NCBI GenBank assembly: GCA_951406725.2
Contig: OX597827.1
Location: 36,394,001 to 36,458,000, forward strand
Direction: 5' to 3'
DNA: 64,000 bases
From: Octopus vulgaris
Taxonomy: Eukaryota
Made by a program: the position numbers and the translations under genes. The notes below the pieces were generated by a model. It had not been told where the DNA came from and searched no databases. It saw only the letters and a list, made by a program, of their open reading frames with translations. This document shows positions 24,715 to 37,080 of the stretch, piece after piece (position 1 is the stretch's first letter; each line of letters starts with the position of its first letter).

Positions 24715-25011
24715 TTTATTGTATAAGACAAATCCTATTTTTTCGTTAACTCACTGTGTCTAATCGAAAGATAACTGTTTCTTCCCTTTCAGGATAAAGA
24801 TTATTTTCAGAGACTTTCCCCATTATGCACCATTTTGGGTATTTATACCTCGAAAACGCCTAATATCTCCACAACACTTATCTGATTTACGCGAAATTTG
24901 TCTTATTCCGTTCCTATTTACATTTCAGGGAGAACCTAATTCCTAGTATTTTCCCAATATGCACCAGTTTAGCTGAGTAACATTGCAAGCCAGCAAGACT
25001 CAATCTGACTT

Positions 25012-25062
<51 letters not shown>

Positions 25063-26571
25063 TATATATTTTTATATATATATATATATATAAAACGGAC
25101 TATTGTTTTCCTTCTCTCTAGACTTTTTTGCCCTTCCTCTTTTTGACGAAGAGCCATGCTCGAAACGTCACATCCCCTCTCTTTTTTTCCATCTTAAACT
25201 TTCTCTAAGTGTCAATCACATTCATTGTGTAGTCTTTTTGACTTTTGCTATTTGTCCTGTAGTTGTTTCATATTTGATTTGTCTATATAATATGTGTGCG
25301 CGCGCGGTTGTTTGTGTGTGTGCATAGAAGAAATAGAAGAAGAAGAAGAAGAAGAAGAAGAAGAAGAAGAAGAAGAAGAAGAAGAAGAAGCAGCTTACTT
25401 ATAGAGAGAAATAGATAGAAAAGATACATGGACGGACAGATCGACATAAGGAAAAATTGGAGGAGCAAACGTAAAGTTGTAGAAGTGGTAATTGTGGTTG
25501 TATTGTAGCGGTGTCAGTGGTGATAGTCGTAATTGTGGTGGTGGTGGTGGTAGTGGTAGTAGTTGTGGTGGTCGTGGGAGTGGTAATGGCGTTGTTGTTG
25601 TTGGTAGTAGTGATAGTGGTGGTGATCACAGTTGTGATTGTGGTGAGAAAACTAACAATACGTTATTTCAATTGAAGTATTTATCATGTTATTTACTTCT
25701 CCTTTGTCTCAGCATACAACTTGTATATAAACTCTCCGCACCTTCACATCAGCCCTCCATTTACACCACTACCTTGCTACGTCCGTCGCCACCACTATCA
25801 CCATCTCCATCCACAACACATATCCCCCATCACTTTTATACCATGACACCATCACCATTACTACTACTACCACCATTACCACCACTATTACTACTTTCAC
25901 TACCAATACCTCTAACATTAACACCACCACCACCACCACCAAAACACAAATTACCACCAGCCTCTGTCTAGACTTTTCCCTGGTCCCATTCATGGAACAA
26001 TGTTTGAACAGCTAATTGGACGTTTCTACAGTGTTGCTCAACTTCCGATGTGGTTAATGTGTGTAGGCCTTAACACACTACCGTACCACCGTACTATACC
26101 ATACCACACCACACCACAAAACCACACTACTATCACCGACCTCCCCATCACGACCATCCCATCATCACCACCTTCATCACCATTAACACCATCATATTAT
26201 CTCACCCCGTAACATAGAACACCAACACACCACTATCACCATTATACCATAGGCCACCGTTCCATTCTCATCACCTCCCCGTATTTATTCTGTAATTAAC
26301 GACCATTTTGAAATAAGTCAACACTGTAAATGGAGGAAATTTGTTTTGTCTTTTCTCTGTGATTATTATTGATTTTTGTCTCCTTTACATATGCACGTAT
26401 TTATGCATCTGCGTGTGTATTTGCCTGTCTCTTTGTTAGAGCATATATATATATATACACGCACGAGTCCATGTATGTATATATGTGCAATTGTGCATCT
26501 GTTGTGTATCTGTATATTTTTGTCACTATGCTTTTGTGCGCACGTATGTACTTTTGTGCGTGAGTGTGTGA

Positions 26572-26620
<49 letters not shown>

Positions 26621-26910
26621 TGAGTAAGTGCCGCGCGCGCGTGCGTGCGGTTGCGTATAGTATTTTATCGTTTTTACCGTAAACTCAAAAATTGTGAATA
26701 ATTTTCACCACCTCCGTCTTATCACTCTGGTTTGCTGAGATAGTGGCTTATTGACTCGTAGAACACACACATACGCACACACACACGTGTGTGAGTACAT
26801 GTAAAATAACACTATATGAATTCTTGATTTCTGGAAATTATGTCCATTTCCAGAGGTGGTAGACCAAATCACTTATTACCCTAGTAGAAATAGGCATCGA
26901 TTTCAAATGA

Positions 26911-26979
<69 letters not shown>

Positions 26980-26980
<1 letters not shown>

Positions 26981-27126
26981 GGATCTTTCCTTCTCCTATG
27001 TTTCCGACGAAGAGCTCCGCTCGAAACGTTAAATCCTCCTTTCCATCTTTTCTGAGCGACCAATAATATTATATTTGTTCCACGTCCTCGCGTTGTTGTG
27101 TTTTTTGTGCTTTCTTGTTTGGATTA

Positions 27127-27130
<4 letters not shown>
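26980..27130 (+). mobile_element. 150-bp hammerhead-bearing Penelope-type fragment embedded in (TA)n
   Basis: (TA)n on both sides; TTT-CCGACGA-A-GAGC/GCTC-GAAA-CGTT-AAA at 27001-27033. Confidence 0.7.
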
Positions 27131-27181
<51 letters not shown>

Positions 27182-27833
27182 TTGTGTGTGTGTGTGTGTA
27201 TACATATATGTATTTGCACACATGTAGGCAAATGGATATGAATGTAAACAGATAGACATACAGACGGATAGGTACATAGATAATATGGACAAGCACATAT
27301 ACACACACATACGCATATAAAGACTAAAACATTTGACCATATACACATACACACTTCACTTCACACAAGGACACATATGGAGACACACATCCATACATAT
27401 AGACACAGTACATAGTCGCAAAAGCCCCTCCAACACACACACACACACTCAGACATGCACACATAAGGTGACAGAGGTAGACACACACATGCAAAAATAC
27501 ATACAAGCACACACACACGAACATAAACACACAAACACATGAATATGCAGAATACATACAAACGTACACACATACATACATATATACATGCGCGCACACA
27601 TACACACACATATATGCATAAATACATACATACATGCATGCATACATACATACATACATACATACATACATACATACATACATACATACATAAATACATA
27701 CATACATACATACATACATACATACATACATGCATACATACATAAATACATATATACATACATACATACATACATACATACATACATACATACATACATA
27801 CATACATACATACATACATACATGCATACATAC

Positions 27834-28443
27834 ATTATGGCTGCCCCCTCGTTATCGAGTATGGCCATTGCACGAAGCTTAACTGTTACTGGTGCTGTGA
27901 TCAAATGTGACTTTTAGCCCAGTATTGTACAAAATTGGCAACTAAACCTTTACTGGTAATAGCCGGCTGTAGTTGTAACTGGACTTCATGTACCTTTGCA
28001 TGTCGTTTAAGTCCTCCTGCCGAATTACACTCTCTTCCACATGCCCGACAGATATGATTAGTATGGTGTGTTACACCACCACCAGTGGCCAGGTTGTCAC
28101 TCATCTGCCTCGTTTTATGACTACGAAGATGACTCTTGAGTCCAGCTTTACTGAGACAGGGTCTTGCACAGACATTGCATGTCAGCATCAAAGGAAGACC
28201 CTTCCCTTCTGGATGTGTAACAGCGATGCCCTTCCCGACATCCCCCCTTACTTTCTCATGTGCAACTCAAGATTTCTCAAACGTGGCTGTTCCCTCATGC
28301 ACAATCCTTCTCCACCTGCTACGATGAATAGCTATGCCTTCCCATGTGTCAGGAGAGATGCAAGCATCTCTTAAGGAAGCCTTTAGCAAGTCCTTATACC
28401 TCTTTTTTGGTTTATGTGGAGGTCGTTCTCCACATAAACCATA
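27834..28443 (-). mobile_element. RTE-like LINE 3' fragment with C2H2 zinc fingers (copy 1), flanked by (CATA)n
   Basis: GERPPHKPKKRYKDLLKASL...TWE...RSRWRR, CNVCARPCLSKAGLKSHLRSH, CRACGREC...LKRH; 3' hairpin CTCG-ATAA-CGAG. The third finger is damaged by a deletion. Confidence 0.85.
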
Positions 28444-28702
28444 CATACATACATACATACATACATGCATATACATACATACATACATACATACATACAT
28501 ACATGCATGCATACATACATACATACATACATGCATACATACATACATACATACATGCATGCATACATACATACATACATACATACATGCATACATACAT
28601 ACATACATGCATACATACGTACATACATACATACATACATACATACATACATACATACATACATACATACATACATGCATACGTACGTACATACATACAT
28701 AC

Positions 28703-30734
28703 ACAATAATGTTCGTCCTTCGGGTTCGAAGATGACCACTGACATCATCTGGTGGAACTGCCGCCATGAAACCGGAGGTGGCTGGTGAGGCCAATCCGGG
28801 CAAGGAAGCCCCTCCCACAGGTGGGGCAGAAGTGGGTAGGGGCCGTGCTACTGGTGCAGGCGGCTCTGGCTTTCCGCATCTGGCGTTTCTGCTCTCCTGA
28901 CCGAATCCGTCCCTCCTCGGCTGTCCCTGCTCCTGTGGTGATTGCGCTGCGCCAGGATGAGCGGTCGGCAGCAAGTGTCTCCCAGGTCTCTGTGCCGATG
29001 GAGAAGTCTTTGAGAGAGACCTTGAGACTGTCCTTGAAGCGCTTCTTCTGCCCTCCGACTTTGCGTTTGCCCTGGCTGAGTTCCCCGTAGAAGAGCTGTT
29101 TTGGGATGCGAGTGTCGGACATGCGGGAGACGTGGCCCGCCCATCTCAGCTGGGCCTTGCGCATGATTGTGATGGTGCTAGGGAGATCTGCCTGCTTCAG
29201 AACTTCCGTGTCTGGGACTTTGTCCTGCCAGCGGATGTGAAGGAGGTTCCGAAGACACCTGAGGTGGAAGTGGTTTATCTGGCGCTCGTGCCTTCGGTAA
29301 GCAGTCCACGTCTCGCAGCCGTATAGTAGGGTGGTAAGCACGACTGCCCGGTAGACTTTCAGCTTGGTGTTGAGGCTGATTCCTCTCCGCTCCCAGACTT
29401 TCTTTCGCAGTCTCCCAAACGCGCTGCTTGCCTTGGAGATTCTGTTGATGGTTTCAGCATCTATGTTGGCATTGCAGGAGAGAGTGCTGCCCATGTAGGT
29501 GAAGTTTTCCACCGCTCGTAGGATCCGTCCGTTCACCTTTATCTGAGGCTCATGGTATTGTTTGCCGGGGGCTGGCTGAAACATCACTTCGGTTTTCTTG
29601 GCACTGATGGTGAGACCGAAGTTGTCACAGGCTGATGAGAACCTGTCCATCTCGAGCTGCATCTCCTGCTCATCGATTGCATTAAGGGCGCAGTCGTCAG
29701 CAAAGAGAAAGTCTCTGACGACTGTCTCCCTCACCTTTGTGACAGCCTGCAATCTTCTGGAGTTGAAAAGTTTCCCGTCTGTCCTGTACTTGATGTCGAT
29801 ACCGGACTTGCAGTCCCTAAAGGCGTCGGACAGCATTGCCGAGAACATGATGCTGAACAGTGTTGGGGCCAGGACACAGCCCTGCCTGACTCCGTTGGTC
29901 ACCTGGAAGGCTTCAGATGAGTTGCCGTCTTCAAGGACTCTGGCTGTCATTCCGTCGTGGAACTGGCGGACAATTGCAATAAATTTGCTGGGGCAACCAA
30001 ATTTTCCCATGACCTTCCATAGTCCCTCCCGACTGACTGTATCAAAAGCCTTGGTAAGGTCAACAAAGGTCATGCAGAGGTCAAGGTGCTGCTCCATGCA
30101 TTTCTCCTGGAGCTGGCGGGCGGCGAATATCATGTCAGTGGTCCCTCGACCCGCGCGGAAGCCACACTGGCTCTCAGGGAGAAGGCCTTGCTCCAAGTGT
30201 TCCAGAAGGCGGTCAAGCAGGACTCGGGCCAGGATCTTGCCTGCTATGGACAAGAGGGAGATTCCTCGGTGGTTGTCGCAGGACCGCCGATCTCCTTTCC
30301 GCTTATAAATGTGGACGATTGTTGCGTCCCGGAAATCTTGAGGGAGTTGTTCCCTGTCCCACATCGACTGGAACAGGCTGGTGAGCTGACTGATCATGGT
30401 GGGGCCGCCCGACTTGAACACCTCTGCAGGGAGGGCGTCAGAGCCTGGAGCTTTGCCGGTGGACATTTTTTTGATGGCTCTGCTCACTTCCTCGACTGCA
30501 GGGGGAAAAGCCAGCTCGTGGTTTGTCGGCACCTGGGGGAGTCGTGCGATGGCTTCCTCGTTGATCTGGGCTGGTCGGTTGAGCACGATGTTGAAATGCT
30601 CCGCCCATCTCTCCAGGATCAGCCTCTTGTTAGTCAGGAGTGAGGTTCCATCCGAGCTGAGCAGGGGTGTTGATCCATAGGAGAACTGCGGTCCATAGAA
30701 AGCTTTCAGCGCCTCGTAGAATTTCTTGGTGTCG
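28703..30734 (-). mobile_element. RTE-clade LINE, 5'-truncated, with an uninterrupted RT-to-C-terminus ORF
   Basis: About 660 codons without a stop: KAPGSD, NHRGISLLS, QCGFR, DLTKAFD, GVRQGCVLAP, LFADD, LRWAGHV, C-terminal CPTC...H...H. 3' hairpin CTTCG-AACC-CGAAG. No endonuclease domain. (CATA)n on both sides. Confidence 0.95.
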
Positions 30735-30953
30735 TACATACATACATACATACATACATACATACATACATACATACATACATACATACATACATACATA
30801 CATACACACATACAAACATACATACATACATACATACATACATACATACATGCATACATACATACATACATGCATACATACGTACATACATACATACATA
30901 CATACATACATACATACATACATACATACATACATACATACATACATACATAC

Positions 30954-31580
30954 ATTACGGCTGCCCCCTCGTTATCGAGTATGGCCATTGCACGAAGCTT
31001 AACTGTTACTGGCGCTGTGATCGAATGTGACTTTTTAGCCCAGCTAAAGATCTACAATGTCTTGAACAGAATTGGCAACTAAAACATTTACCGGTAATAG
31101 CCGGCTGTAGTTGTGACTGGGCTTCACGTACCTTTGTATGTCGTTTAAGTCCTCCTGCCGAATTACACTCTCTTCCACATGCCCGACAGATATGATTAGT
31201 ATGGTGTGTTACACCACCACCAGTGGCCAGGTTGTCACTCATCTGTCTCGTTTTATGACTACGGAGATGACTCTTGAGTCCAGCTTTACTGAGGCAGGGT
31301 CTTGCACAGACATTGCATGTCAGCATCAAAGGAAGACCCTTCCCTTCTGGATGTGTAACAGCGATGCCCTTCCTGACATCCCCCCTTACTTTCTCATGTG
31401 CAACTCAAGATTTCTCAAACGTGGCTGTCCCTCATGCACAATCCTTCTCCACCTGCTCCGATCAATAGCTATGCCTTCCCATGTGTCAGGAGAGATGCAA
31501 GCATCTCTTAAGGAAGCCTTTAGCAAGTCCTTATACCTCTTTTTTGGTTTATGTGGAGGTCGTTCTCCACATAAACCATA
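30954..31580 (-). mobile_element. RTE-like LINE 3' fragment with three C2H2-like fingers (copy 2), flanked by (CATA)n
   Basis: Near-identical to 27834-28443 with the same 5' breakpoint; ORF 31006-31329 shows three CxxC...H fingers. Confidence 0.85.
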
Positions 31581-32001
31581 CATACATACATACATACATA
31601 CATACATGTGTATGCGCACACACACACATTGACCCACACACATGCGCACAAACAAACATAAAGAACGCAGCTCGGATAAGGGATAGAGTGCACGACTCTT
31701 TAAAAGATGCAAGATGTAACGAAAATTTTAGGAAAAAATAAGTAAATGGGTGGAAACTTCACCGGTGAGTGCGTTAAATAAAGCAATAAAAGAGAATGAC
31801 TCTTCCCATACACAGCAATACACACACACACATTATCGTAACTGCCTGACGAACGGCTCTGAGTAAAAGTTTGTAAAAAATTTTTTCAGCTTTAATAAAT
31901 AGTATATTACTCTAACCTTGTAGTATTTTCCACCTTATTTTGCATTTATATGCTCACTTGTGTGTGTGAGTGTGTGTATGTGCATGTGTGTGCGTGTATA
32001 T

Positions 32002-32446
32002 ATAATTGATAATCTAACAATTTATTACATTATAATATAATGTAATATACCAAAAAGTATAATATAATATAAAATAACATAAACAATTTTTTTTAAAAAC
32101 TCCAAATAAAGCCAACAATTTGCTTCGACTTATATACATTATTTGAATTTATAAACAATTCATTTCTACGTATACCAGTCAGACGAAATTCCATGTAAAA
32201 GGACTTACGGACTGCAATCTGGTCGTTCTTTTACATGGAATTTCGCCTGTCTTTTTAAACCAAGGCTCTGAAGAGACTTGTATACGTAGATATGAATTGT
32301 TTATAAATTCAAATAATGTATATAAGTCGAAATAAATTGTTGGCTTTATTTGGGTTTAAAAAAATTGTTTATGTTATATTATATTATATTTTATAATATA
32401 TTACATTACGTTATAATGTAATAAATTGTTAGATTGTCAATTGTAT
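32002..32446. repeat. Long inverted repeat (~175-bp arms) with a nested hairpin; Penelope-type inverted terminal repeat
   Basis: ataattgataatctaacaatttattacattataa... is mirrored by ...ttataatgtaataaattgttagattgtcaattgt. The spacer holds cagacgaaattccatgtaaaagga / ttcttttacatggaatttcgcctg. Confidence 0.85.
32262..32347 (+). ncRNA. Type-I hammerhead ribozyme-like motif
   Basis: Stem I AAGGCT/GGCTTT, CTGAAGA, stem II GACTTGTATAC/GTATATAAGTC, GAAA, short stem III TAAATTG, GTT triplet. Confidence 0.6.
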
Positions 32447-32573
32447 TTCCCTATGTGATTAATTATTTGTAATTTGTATTTATATCCTTATTTTTGTGGC
32501 ATTCAACTGCCGTACCAGTGAATTGGATGTTTTACACCCCTTTAAAGGAATCGTTTTTATTACCTTCGTTTGT

Positions 32574-32632
<59 letters not shown>

Positions 32633-32636
<4 letters not shown>

Positions 32637-32833
32637 ATCCAAACATGAAAACACAAAGAGAGAATACAACAATGCGAGGACGTGGAACAAGTATGGTGTT
32701 ATTAGGCGCTTAGGAAAGGAAAGAAAGGAGGATTTAACGTTTCGATCGGAGCTCTTCGTCAAAAACATAGAAAAAGGAAAGATCCAAGGAAGGGAAGACG
32801 GAGGGAAAAATCGCCAACGATACACACACGGTT
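32633..32833 (-). mobile_element. Hammerhead-bearing Penelope-type fragment embedded in (TA)n
   Basis: Reverse complement of the 17545-17745 / 26980-27130 family; core reads TTGACGA-agagctccgatc-GAAA-cgttaaa; (TA)n on both sides. Confidence 0.7.
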
Positions 32834-32839
32834 ATATAT

Positions 32840-32915
<76 letters not shown>

Positions 32916-32930
32916 ATATATATGTATGTA

Positions 32931-33037
<107 letters not shown>

Positions 33038-33249
33038 AACTTGTTTCCAGTTCAAATATACTCGAAGTATATTCGAACAAGTAAGAAAGCTATTCACTGT
33101 ATTTTGTCATGGAGACACATTCCTCAGCGCTGTCACCCCGATTTTATTCATGGCGAGTCGCTGTATAGCGCAGCCAGTCATTAAACAATGACAAGAATAT
33201 CGTAGGATCTATCTCACGTGTCAGTTCATTATGTGTACCCTTACGGTCT

Positions 33250-33297
33250 CTGTGACTGAAGAGGAGGTTACCACTACGAAATGCATGCACCTCACAG
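33250..33297 (+). ncRNA. Type-I hammerhead-like motif with mutated cleavage site
   Basis: CTGTGA/TCACAG stem I, CTGAAGA, GAAA, palindromic TGCATGCA, then CC where TC/TA is expected. Confidence 0.65.
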
Positions 33298-33514
33298 TTT
33301 GGTTACGTATTGAGGCACGTATCGGACTGTTCGGTCACAGCTGGACACACCATGACCCGCCTTCTCCCGTATGCGTGTGCAACGGTGCCGTCGAGAGGTA
33401 GGCGCCGAAACGGCGCGCATTCTCTCCTGATGACTCCATAAACTTGCTGGCATCCGGTACGCGGAGCTTTCAACTGCTAAAGCCTGCATCAGCACACGCG
33501 CGCGTGCACACACA

Positions 33515-33608
<94 letters not shown>

Positions 33609-33913
33609 TTCGGTATGTGTTTCGTTCCATTGCTTGATAAACGAAAAATATATAAACAAACGCGATAACGTATACAGAATGTAAAAAGAAGCGTGAGACA
33701 AACACAAAGTCCATAATCCTTCATCAGCTATCGACCAATGGTACATCTCAGTTTCGCACCTTTAACGACAAGACTGAATACTTCTCAATTGGCGGTGCTC
33801 GCAAGAAAGAAAAAGTTTTCTTGCGTAGAATTATGGCCAAGAGCATAATTCTACGCAAGAAAACTTTTTATATATGTTAATATATGATATATGATATAAG
33901 TATGATGTTGACG

Positions 33914-33955
33914 TCTCTGATGATAACCCAATAAGGTTCGAAAATCGATTAAAGT
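33914..33955 (+). ncRNA. Type-I hammerhead-like motif
   Basis: CTGATGA, stem II AACC/GGTT, GAAA, palindromic ATCGAT, TA; stem I is weak. Confidence 0.55.
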
Positions 33956-34027
33956 TGTTCATAATTTTTTCAGTCTGCAGAGAAACAGCAAAAATTTGTC
34001 GTTTGTAATTATACCATATATTACACA

Positions 34028-34085
<58 letters not shown>

Positions 34086-34101
34086 GCAGACAGACAAACA
34101 G

Positions 34102-34135
<34 letters not shown>

Positions 34136-34201
34136 ACACACACACACACACACCAGAGTAAGCACATAAATGTGAAACAAGGTGGAAAACAGTCCTCGAA
34201 T

Positions 34202-34241
34202 ACTGTCCGACGAACGGGAACCTGAAACTCTGAGTAGCAGT
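34202..34241 (+). ncRNA. Type-I hammerhead-like motif (CCGACGA core)
   Basis: Stem I ACTGT/GCAGT, CCGACGA, short eroded stem II, GAAA, CTCTGAG, TA. A deleted sister copy with CTGACGA lies at ~31840-31870. Confidence 0.65.
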
Positions 34242-35697
34242 TTTTGCGATATTTTTGTGTTGTTTTTGCAGCTTTGATAATAAAATATATATATATATAT
34301 ATATATCAAAATAAGCAACAAAGATATCCAGAGGTAATGCAGTACGATCGTTTCATGCGACTCCATTTAATTGAACAATGCAAACATTACATCAATTTAA
34401 AATGTAGAGCAATCTTCAACTGCACAAAAATATAGAATTTAATTAAATTCGAAGGACTCATTGGTATAATTTTATCCAAAGTCTCCAAGAGGATAAGGAG
34501 ATATGCTTGTTTAATATTGTACAGGCTTATGTGACAGTCCTGTCACATAAGCCTGCATAATATTAAACAATCAGCATGAAGCCTTCTCTACGTGTGTCCA
34601 CAAATTCTTAAAATCATTCAAGTTTTACCACAGGCAAAAGTGCAATAAAGCAATTTCTTCTGATTCTCACTAACATATAGTTTAGACATTATATGAGCTT
34701 ACTTAATTATATTAGTATATCCACAGTATCCTCATGCTTGCTTATTCTTCCTTTGTAAATCCTCATTTTCACCTTTATTTCATACTTAAAGGCTCCCACC
34801 TAGATTATAACTAATGGAATATTCTCTCAGTTACAACACTCACGTAGTTAATAGAACGCCACTAGGCCTTTACTCTCATGGTTTGAAGTTATACATTGGT
34901 TAATAAAATAAATATATAATTAATCTAACTTTCTGGTTCTATTCATTAATCTATTTACTGTGATATCCTTCATTTATTTATCTTTATTTTCAACCTATTT
35001 TTGATTCGTCATTTTTAAATCTTTATTTTTATCCACCGGTTCCCAATGAGTATACACCTTCAGTAACATAACTAATCTTTTAAATTTAATATTACGAGCA
35101 TCTATTTCTAACACCACTAACACCACTATTATCAGGTGAGCCATAAATCGCCCCTCACTTCTAGTAGTATCAAGTTCCCTTTAGCTTTTGATCTTCATTA
35201 TCTTTTACAACCGCCTTATTACTATCACAACCTCCGCCCTCCCGCTTTTGCTAAATCTGGCCAGCGTTGATGATCACTTAAATGATGACTGCTTCTAACA
35301 TCAGCTATTCCTCAGCCCTTTATCTATCTGTCCATATAATACATCCCTAACCTCTCGACATCCATACCCCCACTATACTGGCTAATATATATGTACTCTA
35401 CTACGTCTACCTGTCTGTCTTTACTTCACACTGTAGTATAATATATCTATTTATTCTCTATTCAATCTCTATTCAATATTGGAACTGGTAATACCACAAT
35501 TCCTTGCCATGGATTACCATCGAACATTCTCATTTGAAATTGCTAACTGCTATTACCTATAACTGTATTAGTTATTGGATCATGGAACTATGTAACGCAT
35601 ATGTATTTTGCTCCAATCCTTCCCCCATTTTTGAGAAACTGGAATATACTAATATCCTCGACTGGGGATATTTCCTCTCTGATAACGGAATACTTCT

Positions 35698-35789
35698 CCC
35701 TCTCTGATGACGGTATACTCAGATTATGGCATCCTGACTCAATATGATGATCCGCATCCTCGGCTTTTCCTGAAACAGCTGTAAGAGAG
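35698..35789 (+). ncRNA. Type-I hammerhead-like motif with intact core, at the end of a decayed Penelope-like region (~34600-35900)
   Basis: CCCTCT/AGAGAG stem I, CTGATGA, GAAA, palindromic CAGCTG, TA; stem II is long and eroded. Confidence 0.65.
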
Positions 35790-35949
35790 TCTATATGTTT
35801 ATCTTTTTCAAGTGATACCAAGCGTCTTGCTTTTTCATGTTTACTTTAGTCTATATCTACCTGCTCAAAGACCGCACACATAAGTCTGTCTCCAATTTAT
35901 TTCTCCATAGGGAATTAAGATGGCATTGCTTTTCAGTACTGACCAGTTC

Positions 35950-35996
<47 letters not shown>

Positions 35997-36131
35997 CATC
36001 CACACACGTACACACACACAAACACCACAAACACACATAGGCGTTTGTATTACCCACATGTTTTCACATCGAAAGAAATAATCTATTCCTTCTTTAGTGA
36101 CACCAGATCTTATGAATAAGATGAAGAGGAC

Positions 36132-36286
36132 TTGTCTCTAAAGTGTCCAAAATTTGATAAAATTGTCTCTAAAGTGTCCAAAATTTGATAAAATTGTCTC
36201 TAAAGTGTCCAAAATTTGATAAAATTGTCTCTAAAGTGTCCAAAATTTGATAAAATTGTCTCTAAAGTGTCCAAAATTTGATAAAA
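36132..36286. repeat. Minisatellite, 31-bp unit x5, identical copies
   Basis: (ttgtctctaaagtgtccaaaatttgataaaa)5. Confidence 0.95.
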
Positions 36287-36587
36287 GGGATGTAAAGAAT
36301 TTTTTTTTAAATAACTCATTCTCGAATTGCCCCCTTTCTCTACTGGTATACTAAACATTGTATACAAAAGGTATAAAAATTCAGCATAACCCTACACATG
36401 CCTCACCTAAATATTACCATATCCAACCGGTGGGGCATGCGCTCCACGTTGGGAATCACGGCTATAGAATCATTTTGACTTTTATTTTTAGGAATGCTGT
36501 TACCACTTACTACTCACTGTCACTTTATATTCGTGTGAGTATATAATTTATATACTCTTATATACTCATGTGTATATAACGGATACA

Positions 36588-36653
<66 letters not shown>

Positions 36654-36668
36654 TATATAACGGATACA

Positions 36669-36766
<98 letters not shown>

Positions 36767-36796
36767 TAGATATATACATACATATATATGCGCGCG

Positions 36797-36827
<31 letters not shown>

Positions 36828-37013
36828 GTGTGTGTGTGTTTGTGTGTGTGCTCGAGTGTATGCGCGTGCACGTGTGCGTGCGTAATGTGGGGAAAAAACC
36901 CAGTTGTTTGCAGAAGGATTAATCCAGTTTCTTTTTAAACTGGGTTCCTCGTGTATCAGCCGAGTGTCAGTCGGGTGTCAGTCGGGTGTATGACAATATA
37001 TCCTTTACAGAAA

Positions 37014-37080
37014 ATGGCGCTTTACTCACCAAGCAAGTCTGTAGTAAATACCTTTGATTTGAATAATAATGGAGATACCC
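37014..37080 (+). CDS. Candidate first coding exon of an unidentified gene
   Basis: cctttacag|AAA-ATG-G context, open frame MALYSPSKSVVNTFDLNNNGDT, consensus donor C|gtaagt, in apparently unique sequence. No homology recognised. Confidence 0.35.

Noticed and set aside
25460-26280. Gly/Val- or Pro/Thr-rich ORFs
   Set aside because: Degenerate (GGT)n/(CAC)n low-complexity tracts with no splice signals or domain content.
28267-28269. Shared in-frame TGA in both ZF-RTE fragments (also TGA at 43755 and ~11999) as selenocysteine recoding
   Set aside because: No SECIS recognised; ordinary CGA-to-TGA or TGG-to-TGA decay plus duplication explains them.
34600-35500. C/T-skewed, G-poor stretch as a mitochondrial insertion (NUMT)
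   Set aside because: I could not read any mitochondrial protein or rRNA motif; it leads into a Penelope-type hammerhead, so a decayed retroelement is more likely. BLAST would settle it.
36132-36286. 31-bp repeat as CRISPR direct repeats
   Set aside because: Units are contiguous with no spacers.
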